Assembly: GCA_964035545.1 (NCBI GenBank)
Contig: CAXIUT010000103.1
Coordinates: 558,001 to 622,000, forward strand
Direction: 5' to 3'
Length of the DNA: 64,000 nucleotides
Source of the DNA: Bugula neritina
Lineage: Eukaryota; Animalia; Bryozoa
In this document: piece after piece, positions 12,301 through 27,300 of the stretch
How the letters are laid out: every line of letters begins with the position of its first letter
Position numbering within the stretch: the first letter of the stretch is position 1
Program-made: the position numbers and the translations under genes
The notes under the pieces: generated by a model
Database searches by the model: none
Told to the model about the DNA's origin: nothing
What the model saw: the letters and a program-made list of their open reading frames with translations, nothing else

Positions 12301-15300
12301 AGTGATGCTGGAAGACCTTTGCATTGTACACCCGCTTTTACTATTGAATTTAGATGTTTTATTTTCCCATCCCCTCTCCTGCCCCCCCTGTCCCCTCTAA
12401 CAACCAGCAATCCTGACTCATGTGAATTGTGTTATTGTTCTAGAGTTGGCCCATGGGCCTACAGTATACGATTTGAAGCTTTATAGTTTACAGGCAGTGG
12501 AGATGAGTCACTGCTAAAACCCATTTTGTTAGTAGACTATATTGCTCTTCAATCATCAGTTTTCATATTAAAAGAGAAAGCTCATCTGCAGCGCCATTTC
12601 ACAGTGTTTTATTTTGCTAGAGCAATAACTAATTTTAGATGCCTTTGCAAACATATGAGAAATAAATGAGTGATTCTATGAAAAGAGGTGTTTGCAGCAA
12701 TTGTCCACTTTTGATTTACAAGCGGCATGGAAACTTTTGTAGTTTTAAATAATATCTCCAAACTCATCACTTGCATGTGTTTATAGACTTGATAAATTTT
12801 TTTATGCAAAACTTGATGCCTGCTTCAAAGACACCAGTGCTTAATTACTGTGTTAACTGTATTGGCACGTTGCCATGAGATATTTCGTAATATTTCGCAT
12901 CACAACAAACTCTTCAGAAAGTTAAGAAAATCAGTCTAGAAAGTTAATGAAATAAACCTACCAGAAAGAGTAAGCCAGATGTAACAAGTAGATCCAAAAC
13001 AAGTTGATTAACAATTGAAGTTGAAATCTCCATGTAGTCAACACTTTAGTCCTAATGTCAAATGCAAACGTCTGCAATCAAACTGTGTAGACTTCATGAG
13101 CTGGTTAGCTGAAAGGACTCATTAAAGTTCTTAACTCTTGTGTGTATAGTGATGCCCATCTTGAACTAGAGAGGGCTGACTGAAGACTGCTACTTTGTGA
13201 AAATTGACAATGCATATTATTATTATTCATTGTTGAGATTCACGACTGCCATAAACAATGATAAAATATTCATTGTTGGTACTACTGAGTAGAATAAAAT
13301 ATAATATAATATTATTTTCTGGACAAATAAATAATATCAAATGCATATTATAACTTACCATAAATCTACTGTGCTTCACATCTTCACTTTTTTCTGCAAT
13401 GTTATTTCTTTGCAGTTAGAAGTACTAGTTGAAAATATGACTATGAAACATAACCCTTCAATTTCATTGCACCAGCACCAGTTGCAAGATAGGTGTGTTG
13501 GGAGTTATCTTTCCCAAAATTTTGTTCTTTGTGTTTATACGAAGCAGACACAGGCTAATATTAGTTTTGTTATTTGCAAGAGTTTTTCTGTCTGATTGTC
13601 CATCAGCAAAAGTTTGGCCTTGCAGTTATTATGGAAATACCAGTGATGCTGGAAGACCTTTGCATTGTACACCCGCTTTTACTATTGAATTTAGATGTTT
13701 TATTTTCCCATCCCCTCTCCTGCCCCCCCTGTCCCCTCTAACAACCAGCAATCCTGACTCATGTGAATTGTGTTATTGTGCTAGAGTTGGCCCATGGGCC
13801 TACAGTATACGATTTGAAGCTTTATAGTTTACAGGCAGTGGAGATGAGTCACTGCTAAAACCCATTTTGTTAGTAGACTATATTGCTCTTCAATCGTCAG
13901 TTTTCATATTAAAAGAGAAAGCTCATCTGCAGCGCCATTTCACAGTGTTTTATTTTGCTAGAGCAATAACTAATTTTAGATGCCTTTGCAAACATATGAG
14001 AAATAAATGAGTGATTCTATGAAAAGAGATGTTTGCAGCAATTGTCCACTTTTGATTTACAAGCGGCATGGAAACTTTTGTAGTTTTAAATAATATCTCC
14101 AAACTCATCACTTGCATGTGTTTATAGACTTGATAAATTTTTTTATGCAAACCTTGATGCCTGCTTCAAAGACACCAGTGCTTAATTACTGTGTTAACTG
14201 TATTGGCACGTTGCCATGAGATATTTCGTAATATTTCGCATCACAACAAACTCTTCAGAAAGTTAAGAAAATCAGTCTAGAAAGTTAATGAAATAAACCT
14301 ACCAGAAAGAGTAAGCCAGATGTAACAAGTAGATCCAAAACAAGTTGATTAACAATTGAAGTTGAAATCTCCATGTAGTCAACACTTTAGTCCTAATGTC
14401 AAATGCAAACGTCTGCAATCAAACTGTGTAGACTTCATGAGCTGGTTAGCTGAAAGGACTCATTAAAGTTCTTAACTCTTGTGTGTATAGTGATGCCCAT
14501 CTTGAACTAGAGAGGGCTGACTGAAGACTGCTACTTTGTGAAAATTGACAATGCATATTATTATTATTCATTGTTGAGATTCACGACTGCCATAAACAAT
14601 GATAAAATATTCATTGTTGGTACTACTGAGTAGAATAAAATATAATATAATATTATTTTCTGGACAAATAAATAATATCAAATGCATATTATAACTTACC
14701 ATAAATCTACAGTGCTTCACATCTTCACCTTTTTCTGCAATGTTGATTCTTTGCAGTTAGAAGTACTAGTTGAAAATATGACTATGAAACATAACCCTTC
14801 AATTTCATTGCACCAGCACCAGTTGCAAGATAGGTGTGTTGGGAGTTATCTTTCCCAAAATTTTGTTCTTGGTGTTTATACGAAGCAGACACAGGCTAAT
14901 ATTAGTTTTGTTATTTGTAAGAGTTTTTCTGTCTGATTGTCCATCAGCAAAAGTTTGGCCTTGCAGTTATTATGGAAATACCAGTGATGCTGGAAGACCT
15001 TTGCATTGTACACCCGCCTTTACTATTGAATTTAGATGTTTTATTTTCCCATCCCCTCTCCTGCCCCCCTGTCCCCTCTAACAACCAGCAATCCTGACTC
15101 ATGTGAATTGTGTTATTGTTCTAGAGTTGGCCCATGGGCCTACAGTATACGATTTGAAGCTTTATAGTTTACAGGCAGTGGAGATGAGTCACTGCTAAAA
15201 CCCATTTTGTTAGTAGACTATATTGCTCTTCAATCATCAGTTTTCATATTAAAAGAGAAAGCTCATCTGCAGCGCCATTTCACAGTGTTATATTTTGCTA

Positions 15301-18300
15301 GAGCAAAAACTAATTTTAGATGCCTTTGCAAACATATGAGAAATAAATGAGTCATTCCATGAAAAGAGGTGTTTGCAGCAATTGTCCACTTTTGATTTAC
15401 AAGCGGCATGGAAACTTTTGTAGTTTTAAATAATATCTCCAAACTCATCACTTGCATGTGTTTAGATACTTGATAAATTTTTTTATGCAAAACTTGATGC
15501 CTGCTTCAAAGACACCAGTGCTTAATTACTGTGTTAACTGTATTGGCATGTTGCCATGAGATATTTGGTAATATTTCGCATCACAACAAACTCTTCAGAA
15601 AGTTAAGAAAATCAGTCTAGAAAGTTAATGAAATAAACCTACCAGAAAGAGTAAGCCAGATGTAACAAGTAGATCCAAAACAATTACTTGATTAACAATT
15701 GAAGTTGAAATCTCCATGTAGTCAACACTTTAGTCCTAATGTCAAATGCAAACGCCTGCAATCAAACTGTGTAGACTTCATGAGCTGGTTAGCTGACAGG
15801 ACTCATTAAAGTTCTTAACTCTTGTGTGTATAGTGATGCCCATCTTGAACTAGAGAGGGCTGACTGAAGACTGCTACTTTGTGAAAATTGACAATGCATA
15901 TTATTATTATTCATTGTTGAGATTCACGACTGCCATAAACAATGATAAAATATTCATTGTTGGTACTACTGAGTAGAATAAAATATAATATAATATTATT
16001 TTCTGGACAAATAAATAATATCAAATGCATATTATAACTTACCATAAATCTACAGTGCTTCACATCTTCACTTTTTTCTGCAATGTTATTTCTTTGCAGT
16101 TAGAAGTACTAGTTGAAAATATGACTATGAAACATAACCCTTCAATTTCATTGCACCAGCACCAGTTGCAAGATAGGTGTGTTGGGAGTTATCTTTCCCA
16201 AAATTTTGTTCTTTGTGTTTATACGAAGAAGACACAGGCTAATATTAGTTTTGTTATTTGCAAGAGTTTTTCTGTCTGATTGTCCATCAGCAAAAGTTTG
16301 GCCTTGCAGTTATTATGGAAATACCAGTGATGCTGGAAGACCTTTGCATTGTACACCCGCTTTTACTATTGAATTTAGATGTTTTATTTTCCAATCCCCT
16401 CTCCTGCCCCCCCTGTCCCCTCTAACAACCAGCAATCCTGACTCATGTGAATTGTGTTATTGTTCTAGAGTTGGCCCATGGGCCTACAGTATACGATTTG
16501 AAGCTTTATAGTTTACAGGCAGTGGAGATGAGTCACTGCTAAAACCCATTTTGTTAGTAGACTATATTGCTCTTCAATCGTCAGTTTTCATATTAAAAGA
16601 GAAAGCTCATCTGCAGCGCCATTTCACAGTGTTTTATTTTGCTAGAGCAAAAACTAATTTTAGATGCCTTTGCAAACATATGAGAAATAAATGAGTCATT
16701 CCATGAAAAGAGGTGTTTGCAGCAATTGTCCACTTTTGATTTACAAGCGGCATGGAAACTTTTGTAGTTTTAAATAATATCTCCAAACTCATCACTTGCA
16801 TGTGTTTAGATACTTGATAAATTTTTTTATGCAAAACTTGATGCCTGCTTCAAAGACACCAGTGCTTAATTACTGTGTTAACTGTATTGGCATGTTGCCA
16901 TGAGATATTTGGTAATATTTCGCATCACAACAAACTCTTCAGAAAGTTAAGAAAATCAGTCTAGAAAGTTAATGAAATAAACCTACCAGAAAGAGTAAGC
17001 CAGATGTAACAAGTAGATCCAAAACAATTAGTTGATTAACAATTGAAGTTGAAATCTCCATGTAGTCAACACTTTAGTCCTAATGTCAAATGCAAACGCC
17101 TGCAATCAAACTGTGTAGACTTCATGAGCTGGTTAGCTGACAGGACTCATTAAAGTTCTAAACTCTTGTGTGTATAGTGATGCCCATCTTGAACTAGAGA
17201 GGGCTGACTGAAGACTGCTACTTTGTGAAAATTGACAATGCATATTATTATTATTCATTGTTGAGATTCACGACTGCCATAAACAATGATAAAATATTCA
17301 TTGTTGGTACTACTGAGTAGAATAAAATATAATATAATATTATTTTCTGGACAAATAAATAATATCAAATGCATATTATAACTTACCATAAATCTACAGT
17401 GCTTCACATCTTCACTTTTTTCTGCAATGTTATTTCTTTGCAGTTAGAAGTACTAGTTGAAAATATGACTATGAAACATAACCCTTCAATTTCATTGCAC
17501 CAGCACCAGTTGCAAGATAGGTGTGTTGGGAGTTATCTTTCCCAAAATTTTGTTCTTTGTGTTTATACGAAGCAGACACAGGCTAATATTAGTTTTGTTA
17601 TTTGCAAGAGTTTTTCTGTCTGATTGTCCATCAGCAAAAGTTTGGCCTTGCAGTTATTATGGAAATACCAGTGATGCTGGAAGACCTTTGCATTGTACAC
17701 CCGCTTTTACTATTGAATTTAGATGTTTTATTTTCCCATCCCCTCTCCTGCCCCCCCTGTCCCCTCTAACAACCAGCAATCCTGACTCATGTGAATTGTG
17801 TTATTGTTCTAGAGTTGGCCCATGGGCCTACAGTATACGATTTGAAGCTTTATAGTTTACAGGCAGTGGAGATGAGTCACTGCTAAAACCCATTTTGTTA
17901 GTAGACTATATTGCTCTTCAATCATCAGTTTTCATATTAAAAGAGAAAGCTCATCTGCAGCGCCATTTCACAGTGTTATATTTTGCTAGAGCAAAAACTA
18001 ATTTTAGATGCCTTTGCAAACATATGAGAAATAAATGAGTCATTCCATGAAAAGAGGTGTTTGCAGCAATTGTCCACTTTTGATTTACAAGCGGCATGGA
18101 AACTTTTGTACTTTTAAATAATATCTCCAAACTCATCACTTGCATGTGTTTAGATACTTGATAAATTTTTTTATGCAAAACTTGATGCCTGCTTCAAAGA
18201 CACCAGTGCTTAATTACTGTGTTAACTGTATTGGCATGTTGCCATCAGATATTTGGTAATATTTCGCATCACAACAAACTCTTCAGAAAGTTAAGAAAAT

Positions 18301-21300
18301 CAGTCTAGAAAGTTAATGAAATAAACCTACCAGAAAGAGTAAGCCAGATGTAACAAGTAGATCCAAAACAATTAGTTGATTAACAATTGAAGTTGAAATC
18401 TCCATGTAGTCAACACTTTAGTCCTAATGTCAAATGCAAACGCCTGCAATCAAACTGTGTAGACTTCATGAGCTGGTTAGCTGACAGGACTCATTAAAGT
18501 TCTTAACTCTTGTGTGTATAGTGATGCCCATCTTGAACTAGAGAGGGCTGACTGAAGACTGCTACTTTGTGAAAATTGACAATGCATATTATTATTATTC
18601 ATTGTTGAGATTCACGACTGCCATAAACAATGATAAAATATTCATTGTTGGTACTACTGAGTAGAATAAAATATAATATAATATTATTTTCTGGACAAAT
18701 AAATAATATCAAATGCATATTATAACTTACCATAAATCTACTGTGCTTCACATCTTCACTTTTTTCTGCAATGTTATTTCTTTGCAGTTAGAAGTACTAG
18801 TTGAAAATATGACTATGAAACATAACCCTTCAATTTCATTGCACCAGCACCAGTTGCAAGATAGGTGTGTTGGGAGTTATCTTTCCCAAAATTTTGTTCT
18901 TTGTGTTTATACGAAGCAGACACAGGCTAATATTAGTTTTGTTATTTGCAAGAGTTTTTCTGTCTGATTGTCCATCAGCAAAAGTTTGGCCTTGCAGTTA
19001 TTATGGAAATACCAGTGATGCTGGAAGACCTTTGCATTGTACACCCGCTTTTACTATTGAATTTAGATGTTTTATTTTCCCATCCCCTCTCCTGCCCCCC
19101 CTGTCCCCTCTAACAACCAGCAATCCTGACTCATGTGAATTGTGTTATTGTTCTAGAGTTGGCCCATGGGCCTACAGTATACGATTTGAAGCTTTATAGT
19201 TTACAGGCAGTGGAGATGAGTCACTGCTAAAACCCATTTTGTTAGTAGACTATATTGCTCTTCAATCATCAGTTTTCATATTAAAAGAGAAAGCTCATCT
19301 GCAGCGCCATTTCACAGTGTTATATTTTGCTAGAGCAAAAACTAATTTTAGATGCCTTTGCAAACATATGAGAAATAAATGAGTCATTCCATGAAAAGAG
19401 GTGTTTGCAGCAATTGTCCACTTTTGATTTACAAGCGGCATGGAAACTTTTGTACTTTTAAATAATATCTCCAAACTCATCACTTGCATGTGTTTAGATA
19501 CTTGATAAATTTTTTTATGCAAAACTTGATGCCTGCTTCAAAGACACCAGTGCTTAATTACTGTGTTAACTGTATTGGCATGTTGTCATGAGATATTTGG
19601 TAATATTTCGCATCACAACAAACTCTTCAGAAAGTTAAGAAAATCAGTCTAGAAAGTTAATGAAATAAACCTACCAGAAAGAGTAAGCCAGATGTAACAA
19701 GTAGATCCAAAACAATTAGTTGATTAACAATTGAAGTTGAAATCTCCATGTAGTCAACACTTTAGTCCTAATGTCAAATGCAAACGCCTGCAATCAAACT
19801 GTGTAGACTTCATGAGCTGGTTAGCTGACAGGACTCATTAAAGTTCTTAACTCTTGTGTGTATAGTGATGCCCATCTTGAACTAGAGAGGGCTGACTGAA
19901 GACTGCTACTTTGTGAAAATTGACAATGCATATTATTATTATTCATTGTTGAGATTCACGACTGCCATAAACAATGATAAAATATTCATTGTTGGTACTA
20001 CTGAGTAGAATAAAATATAATATAATATTATTTTCTGGACAAATAAATAATATCAAATGCATATTATAACTTACCATAAATCTACTGTGCTTCACATCTT
20101 CACTTTTTTCTGCAATGTTATTTCTTTGCAGTTAGAAGTACTAGTTGAAAATATGACTATGAAACATAACCCTTCAATTTCATTGCACCAGCACCAGTTG
20201 CAAGATAGGTGTGTTGGGAGTTATCTTTCCCAAAATTTTGTTCTTTGTGTTTATACGAAGCAGACACAGGCTAATATTAGTTTTGTTATTTGCAAGAGTT
20301 TTTCTGTCTGATTGTCCATCAGCAAAAGTTTGGCCTTGCAGTTATTATGGAAATACCAGTGATGCTGGAAGACCTTTGCATTGTACACCCGCTTTTACTA
20401 TTGAATTTAGATGTTTTATTTTCCCATCCCCTCTCCTGCCCCCCCTGTCCCCTCTAACAACCAGCAATCCTGACTCATGTGAATTGTGTTATTGTGCTAG
20501 AGTTGGCCCATGGGCCTACAGTATACGATTTGAAGCTTTATAGTTTACAGGCAGTGGAGATGAGTCACTGCTAAAACCCATTTTGTTAGTAGACTATATT
20601 GCTCTTCAATCGTCAGTTTTCATATTAAAAGAGAAAGCTCATCTGCAGCGCCATTTCACAGTGTTTTATTTTGCTAGAGCAATAACTAATTTTAGATGCC
20701 TTTGCAAACATATGAGAAATAAATGAGTGATTCTATGAAAAGAGATGTTTGCAGCAATTGTCCACTTTTGATTTACAAGCGGCATGGAAACTTTTGTAGT
20801 TTTAAATAATATCTCCAAACTCATCACTTGCATGTGTTTATAGACTTGATAAATTTTTTTATGCAAACCTTGATGCCTGCTTCAAAGACACCAGTGCTTA
20901 ATTACTGTGTTAACTGTATTGGCACGTTGCCATGAGATATTTCGTAATATTTCGCATCACAACAAACTCTTCAGAAAGTTAAGAAAATCAGTCTAGAAAG
21001 TTAATGAAATAAACCTACCAGAAAGAGTAAGCCAGATGTAACAAGTAGATCCAAAACAAGTTGATTAACAATTGAAGTTGAAATCTCCATGTAGTCAACA
21101 CTTTAGTCCTAATGTCAAATGCAAACGTCTGCAATCAAACTGTGTAGACTTCATGAGCTGGTTAGCTGAAAGGACTCATTAAAGTTCTTAACTCTTGTGT
21201 GTATAGTGATGCCCATCTTGAACTAGAGAGGGCTGACTGAAGACTGCTACTTTGTGAAAATTGACAATGCATATTATTATTATTCATTGTTGAGATTCAC

Positions 21301-24300
21301 GACTGCCATAAACAATGATAAAATATTCATTGTTGGTACTACTGAGTAGAATAAAATATAATATAATATTATTTTCTGGACAAATAAATAATATCAAATG
21401 CATATTATAACTTACCATAAATCTACAGTGCTTCACATCTTCACCTTTTTCTGCAATGTTGATTCTTTGCAGTTAGAAGTACTAGTTGAAAATATGACTA
21501 TGAAACATAACCCTTCAATTTCATTGCACCAGCACCAGTTGCAAGATAGGTGTGTTGGGAGTTATCTTTCCCAAAATTTTGTTCTTGGTGTTTATACGAA
21601 GCAGACACAGGCTAATATTAGTTTTGTTATTTGTAAGAGTTTTTCTGTCTGATTGTCCATCAGCAAAAGTTTGGCCTTGCAGTTATTATGGAAATACCAG
21701 TGATGCTGGAAGACCTTTGCATTGTACACCCGCCTTTACTATTGAATTTAGATGTTTTATTTTCCCATCCCCTCTCCTGCCCCCCTGTCCCCTCTAACAA
21801 CCAGCAATCCTGACTCATGTGAATTGTGTTATTGTTCTAGAGTTGGCCCATGGGCCTACAGTATACGATTTGAAGCTTTATAGTTTACAGGCAGTGGAGA
21901 TGAGTCACTGCTAAAACCCATTTTGTTAGTAGACTATATTGCTCTTCAATCATCAGTTTTCATATTAAAAGAGAAAGCTCATCTGCAGCGCCATTTCACA
22001 GTGTTATATTTTGCTAGAGCAAAAACTAATTTTAGATGCCTTTGCAAACATATGAGAAATAAATGAGTCATTCCATGAAAAGAGGTGTTTGCAGCAATTG
22101 TCCACTTTTGATTTACAAGCGGCATGGAAACTTTTGTAGTTTTAAATAATATCTCCAAACTCATCACTTGCATGTGTTTAGATACTTGATAAATTTTTTT
22201 ATGCAAAACTTGATGCCTGCTTCAAAGACACCAGTGCTTAATTACTGTGTTAACTGTATTGGCATGTTGCCATGAGATATTTGGTAATATTTCGCATCAC
22301 AACAAACTCTTCAGAAAGTTAAGAAAATCAGTCTAGAAAGTTAATGAAATAAACCTACCAGAAAGAGTAAGCCAGATGTAACAAGTAGATCCAAAACAAT
22401 TACTTGATTAACAATTGAAGTTGAAATCTCCATGTAGTCAACACTTTAGTCCTAATGTCAAATGCAAACGCCTGCAATCAAACTGTGTAGACTTCATGAG
22501 CTGGTTAGCTGACAGGACTCATTAAAGTTCTTAACTCTTGTGTGTATAGTGATGCCCATCTTGAACTAGAGAGGGCTGACTGAAGACTGCTACTTTGTGA
22601 AAATTGACAATGCATATTATTATTATTCATTGTTGAGATTCACGACTGCCATAAACAATGATAAAATATTCATTGTTGGTACTACTGAGTAGAATAAAAT
22701 ATAATATAATATTATTTTCTGGACAAATAAATAATATCAAATGCATATTATAACTTACCATAAATCTACAGTGCTTCACATCTTCACTTTTTTCTGCAAT
22801 GTTATTTCTTTGCAGTTAGAAGTACTAGTTGAAAATATGACTATGAAACATAACCCTTCAATTTCATTGCACCAGCACCAGTTGCAAGATAGGTGTGTTG
22901 GGAGTTATCTTTCCCAAAATTTTGTTCTTTGTGTTTATACGAAGAAGACACAGGCTAATATTAGTTTTGTTATTTGCAAGAGTTTTTCTGTCTGATTGTC
23001 CATCAGCAAAAGTTTGGCCTTGCAGTTATTATGGAAATACCAGTGATGCTGGAAGACCTTTGCATTGTACACCCGCTTTTACTATTGAATTTAGATGTTT
23101 TATTTTCCAATCCCCTCTCCTGCCCCCCCTGTCCCCTCTAACAACCAGCAATCCTGACTCATGTGAATTGTGTTATTGTTCTAGAGTTGGCCCATGGGCC
23201 TACAGTATACGATTTGAAGCTTTATAGTTTACAGGCAGTGGAGATGAGTCACTGCTAAAACCCATTTTGTTAGTAGACTATATTGCTCTTCAATCGTCAG
23301 TTTTCATATTAAAAGAGAAAGCTCATCTGCAGCGCCATTTCACAGTGTTTTATTTTGCTAGAGCAAAAACTAATTTTAGATGCCTTTGCAAACATATGAG
23401 AAATAAATGAGTCATTCCATGAAAAGAGGTGTTTGCAGCAATTGTCCACTTTTGATTTACAAGCGGCATGGAAACTTTTGTAGTTTTAAATAATATCTCC
23501 AAACTCATCACTTGCATGTGTTTAGATACTTGATAAATTTTTTTATGCAAAACTTGATGCCTGCTTCAAAGACACCAGTGCTTAATTACTGTGTTAACTG
23601 TATTGGCATGTTGCCATGAGATATTTGGTAATATTTCGCATCACAACAAACTCTTCAGAAAGTTAAGAAAATCAGTCTAGAAAGTTAATGAAATAAACCT
23701 ACCAGAAAGAGTAAGCCAGATGTAACAAGTAGATCCAAAACAATTAGTTGATTAACAATTGAAGTTGAAATCTCCATGTAGTCAACACTTTAGTCCTAAT
23801 GTCAAATGCAAACGCCTGCAATCAAACTGTGTAGACTTCATGAGCTGGTTAGCTGACAGGACTCATTAAAGTTCTAAACTCTTGTGTGTATAGTGATGCC
23901 CATCTTGAACTAGAGAGGGCTGACTGAAGACTGCTACTTTGTGAAAATTGACAATGCATATTATTATTATTCATTGTTGAGATTCACGACTGCCATAAAC
24001 AATGATAAAATATTCATTGTTGGTACTACTGAGTAGAATAAAATATAATATAATATTATTTTCTGGACAAATAAATAATATCAAATGCATATTATAACTT
24101 ACCATAAATCCACAGTGCTTCACATCTTCACTTTTTTCTGCAATGTTATTTCTTTGCAGTTAGAAGTACTAGTTGAAAATATGACTATGAAACATAACCC
24201 TTCAATTTCATTGCACCAGCACCAGTTGCAAGATAGGTGTGTTGGGAGTTATCTTTCCCAAAATTTTGTTCTTTGTGTTTATACGAAGCAGACACAGGCT

Positions 24301-27300
24301 AATATTAGTTTTGTTATTTGCAAGAGTTTTTCTGTCTGATTGTCCATCAGCAAAAGTTTGGCCTTGCAGTTATTATGGAAATACCAGTGATGCTGGAAGA
24401 CCTTTGCATTGTACACCCGCTTTTACTATTGAATTTAGATGTTTTATTTTCCCATCCCCTCTCCTGCCCCCCCTGTCCCCTCTAACAACCAGCAATCCTG
24501 ACTCATGTGAATTGTGTTATTGTTCTAGAGTTGGCCCATGGGCCTACAGTATACGATTTGAAGCTTTATAGTTTACAGGCAGTGGAGATGAGTCACTGCT
24601 AAAACCCATTTTGTTAGTAGACTATATTGCTCTTCAATCATCAGTTTTCATATTAAAAGAGAAAGCTCATCTGCAGCGCCATTTCACAGTGTTATATTTT
24701 GCTAGAGCAAAAACTAATTTTAGATGCCTTTGCAAACATATGAGAAATAAATGAGTCATTCCATGAAAAGAGGTGTTTGCAGCAATTGTCCACTTTTGAT
24801 TTACAAGCGGCATGGAAACTTTTGTACTTTTAAATAATATCTCCAAACTCATCACTTGCATGTGTTTAGATACTTGATAAATTTTTTTATGCAAAACTTG
24901 ATGCCTGCTTCAAAGACACCAGTGCTTAATTACTGTGTTAACTGTATTGGCATGTTGCCATGAGATATTTGGTAATATTTCGCATCACAACAAACTCTTC
25001 AGAAAGTTAAGAAAATCAGTCTAGAAAGTTAATGAAATAAACCTACCAGAAAGAGTAAGCCAGATGTAACAAGTAGATCCAAAACAATTAGTTGATTAAC
25101 AATTGAAGTTGAAATCTCCATGTAGTCAACACTTTAGTCCTAATGTCAAATGCAAACGCCTGCAATCAAACTGTGTAGACTTCATGAGCTGGTTAGCTGA
25201 CAGGACTCATTAAAGTTCTTAACTCTTGTGTGTATAGTGATGCCCATCTTGAACTAGAGAGGGCTGACTGAAGACTGCTACTTTGTGAAAATTGACAATG
25301 CATATTATTATTATTCATTGTTGAGATTCACGACTGCCATAAACAATGATAAAATATTCATTGTTGGTACTACTGAGTAGAATAAAATATAATATAATAT
25401 TATTTTCTGGACAAATAAATAATATCAAATGCATATTATAACTTACCATAAATCTACTGTGCTTCACATCTTCACTTTTTTCTGCAATGTTATTTCTTTG
25501 CAGTTAGAAGTACTAGTTGAAAATATGACTATGAAACATAACCCTTCAATTTCATTGCACCAGCACCAGTTGCAAGATAGGTGTGTTGGGAGTTATCTTT
25601 CCCAAAATTTTGTTCTTTGTGTTTATACGAAGCAGACACAGGCTAATATTAGTTTTGTTATTTGCAAGAGTTTTTCTGTCTGATTGTCCATCAGCAAAAG
25701 TTTGGCCTTGCAGTTATTATGGAAATACCAGTGATGCTGGAAGACCTTTGCATTGTACACCCGCTTTTACTATTGAATTTAGATGTTTTATTTTCCCATC
25801 CCCTCTCCTGCCCCCCCTGTCCCCTCTAACAACCAGCAATCCTGACTCATGTGAATTGTGTTATTGTGCTAGAGTTGGCCCATGGGCCTACAGTATACGA
25901 TTTGAAGCTTTATAGTTTACAGGCAGTGGAGATGAGTCACTGCTAAAACCCATTTTGTTAGTAGACTATATTGCTCTTCAATCGTCAGTTTTCATATTAA
26001 AAGAGAAAGCTCATCTGCAGCGCCATTTCACAGTGTTTTATTTTGCTAGAGCAATAACTAATTTTAGATGCCTTTGCAAACATATGAGAAATAAATGAGT
26101 GATTCTATGAAAAGAGATGTTTGCAGCAATTGTCCACTTTTGATTTACAAGCGGCATGGAAACTTTTGTAGTTTTAAATAATATCTCCAAACTCATCACT
26201 TGCATGTGTTTATAGACTTGATAAATTTTTTTATGCAAACCTTGATGCCTGCTTCAAAGACACCAGTGCTTAATTACTGTGTTAACTGTATTGGCACGTT
26301 GCCATGAGATATTTCGTAATATTTCGCATCACAACAAACTCTTCAGAAAGTTAAGAAAATCAGTCTAGAAAGTTAATGAAATAAACCTACCAGAAAGAGT
26401 AAGCCAGATGTAACAAGTAGATCCAAAACAAGTTGATTAACAATTGAAGTTGAAATCTCCATGTAGTCAACACTTTAGTCCTAATGTCAAATGCAAACGT
26501 CTGCAATCAAACTGTGTAGACTTCATGAGCTGGTTAGCTGAAAGGACTCATTAAAGTTCTTAACTCTTGTGTGTATAGTGATGCCCATCTTGAACTAGAG
26601 AGGGCTGACTGAAGACTGCTACTTTGTGAAAATTGACAATGCATATTATTATTATTCATTGTTGAGATTCACGACTGCCATAAACAATGATAAAATATTC
26701 ATTGTTGGTACTACTGAGTAGAATAAAATATAATATAATATTATTTTCTGGACAAATAAATAATATCAAATGCATATTATAACTTACCATAAATCTACAG
26801 TGCTTCACATCTTCACCTTTTTCTGCAATGTTGATTCTTTGCAGTTAGAAGTACTAGTTGAAAATATGACTATGAAACATAACCCTTCAATTTCATTGCA
26901 CCAGCACCAGTTGCAAGATAGGTGTGTTGGGAGTTATCTTTCCCAAAATTTTGTTCTTGGTGTTTATACGAAGCAGACACAGGCTAATATTAGTTTTGTT
27001 ATTTGTAAGAGTTTTTCTGTCTGATTGTCCATCAGCAAAAGTTTGGCCTTGCAGTTATTATGGAAATACCAGTGATGCTGGAAGACCTTTGCATTGTACA
27101 CCCGCCTTTACTATTGAATTTAGATGTTTTATTTTCCCATCCCCTCTCCTGCCCCCCTGTCCCCTCTAACAACCAGCAATCCTGACTCATGTGAATTGTG
27201 TTATTGTTCTAGAGTTGGCCCATGGGCCTACAGTATACGATTTGAAGCTTTATAGTTTACAGGCAGTGGAGATGAGTCACTGCTAAAACCCATTTTGTTA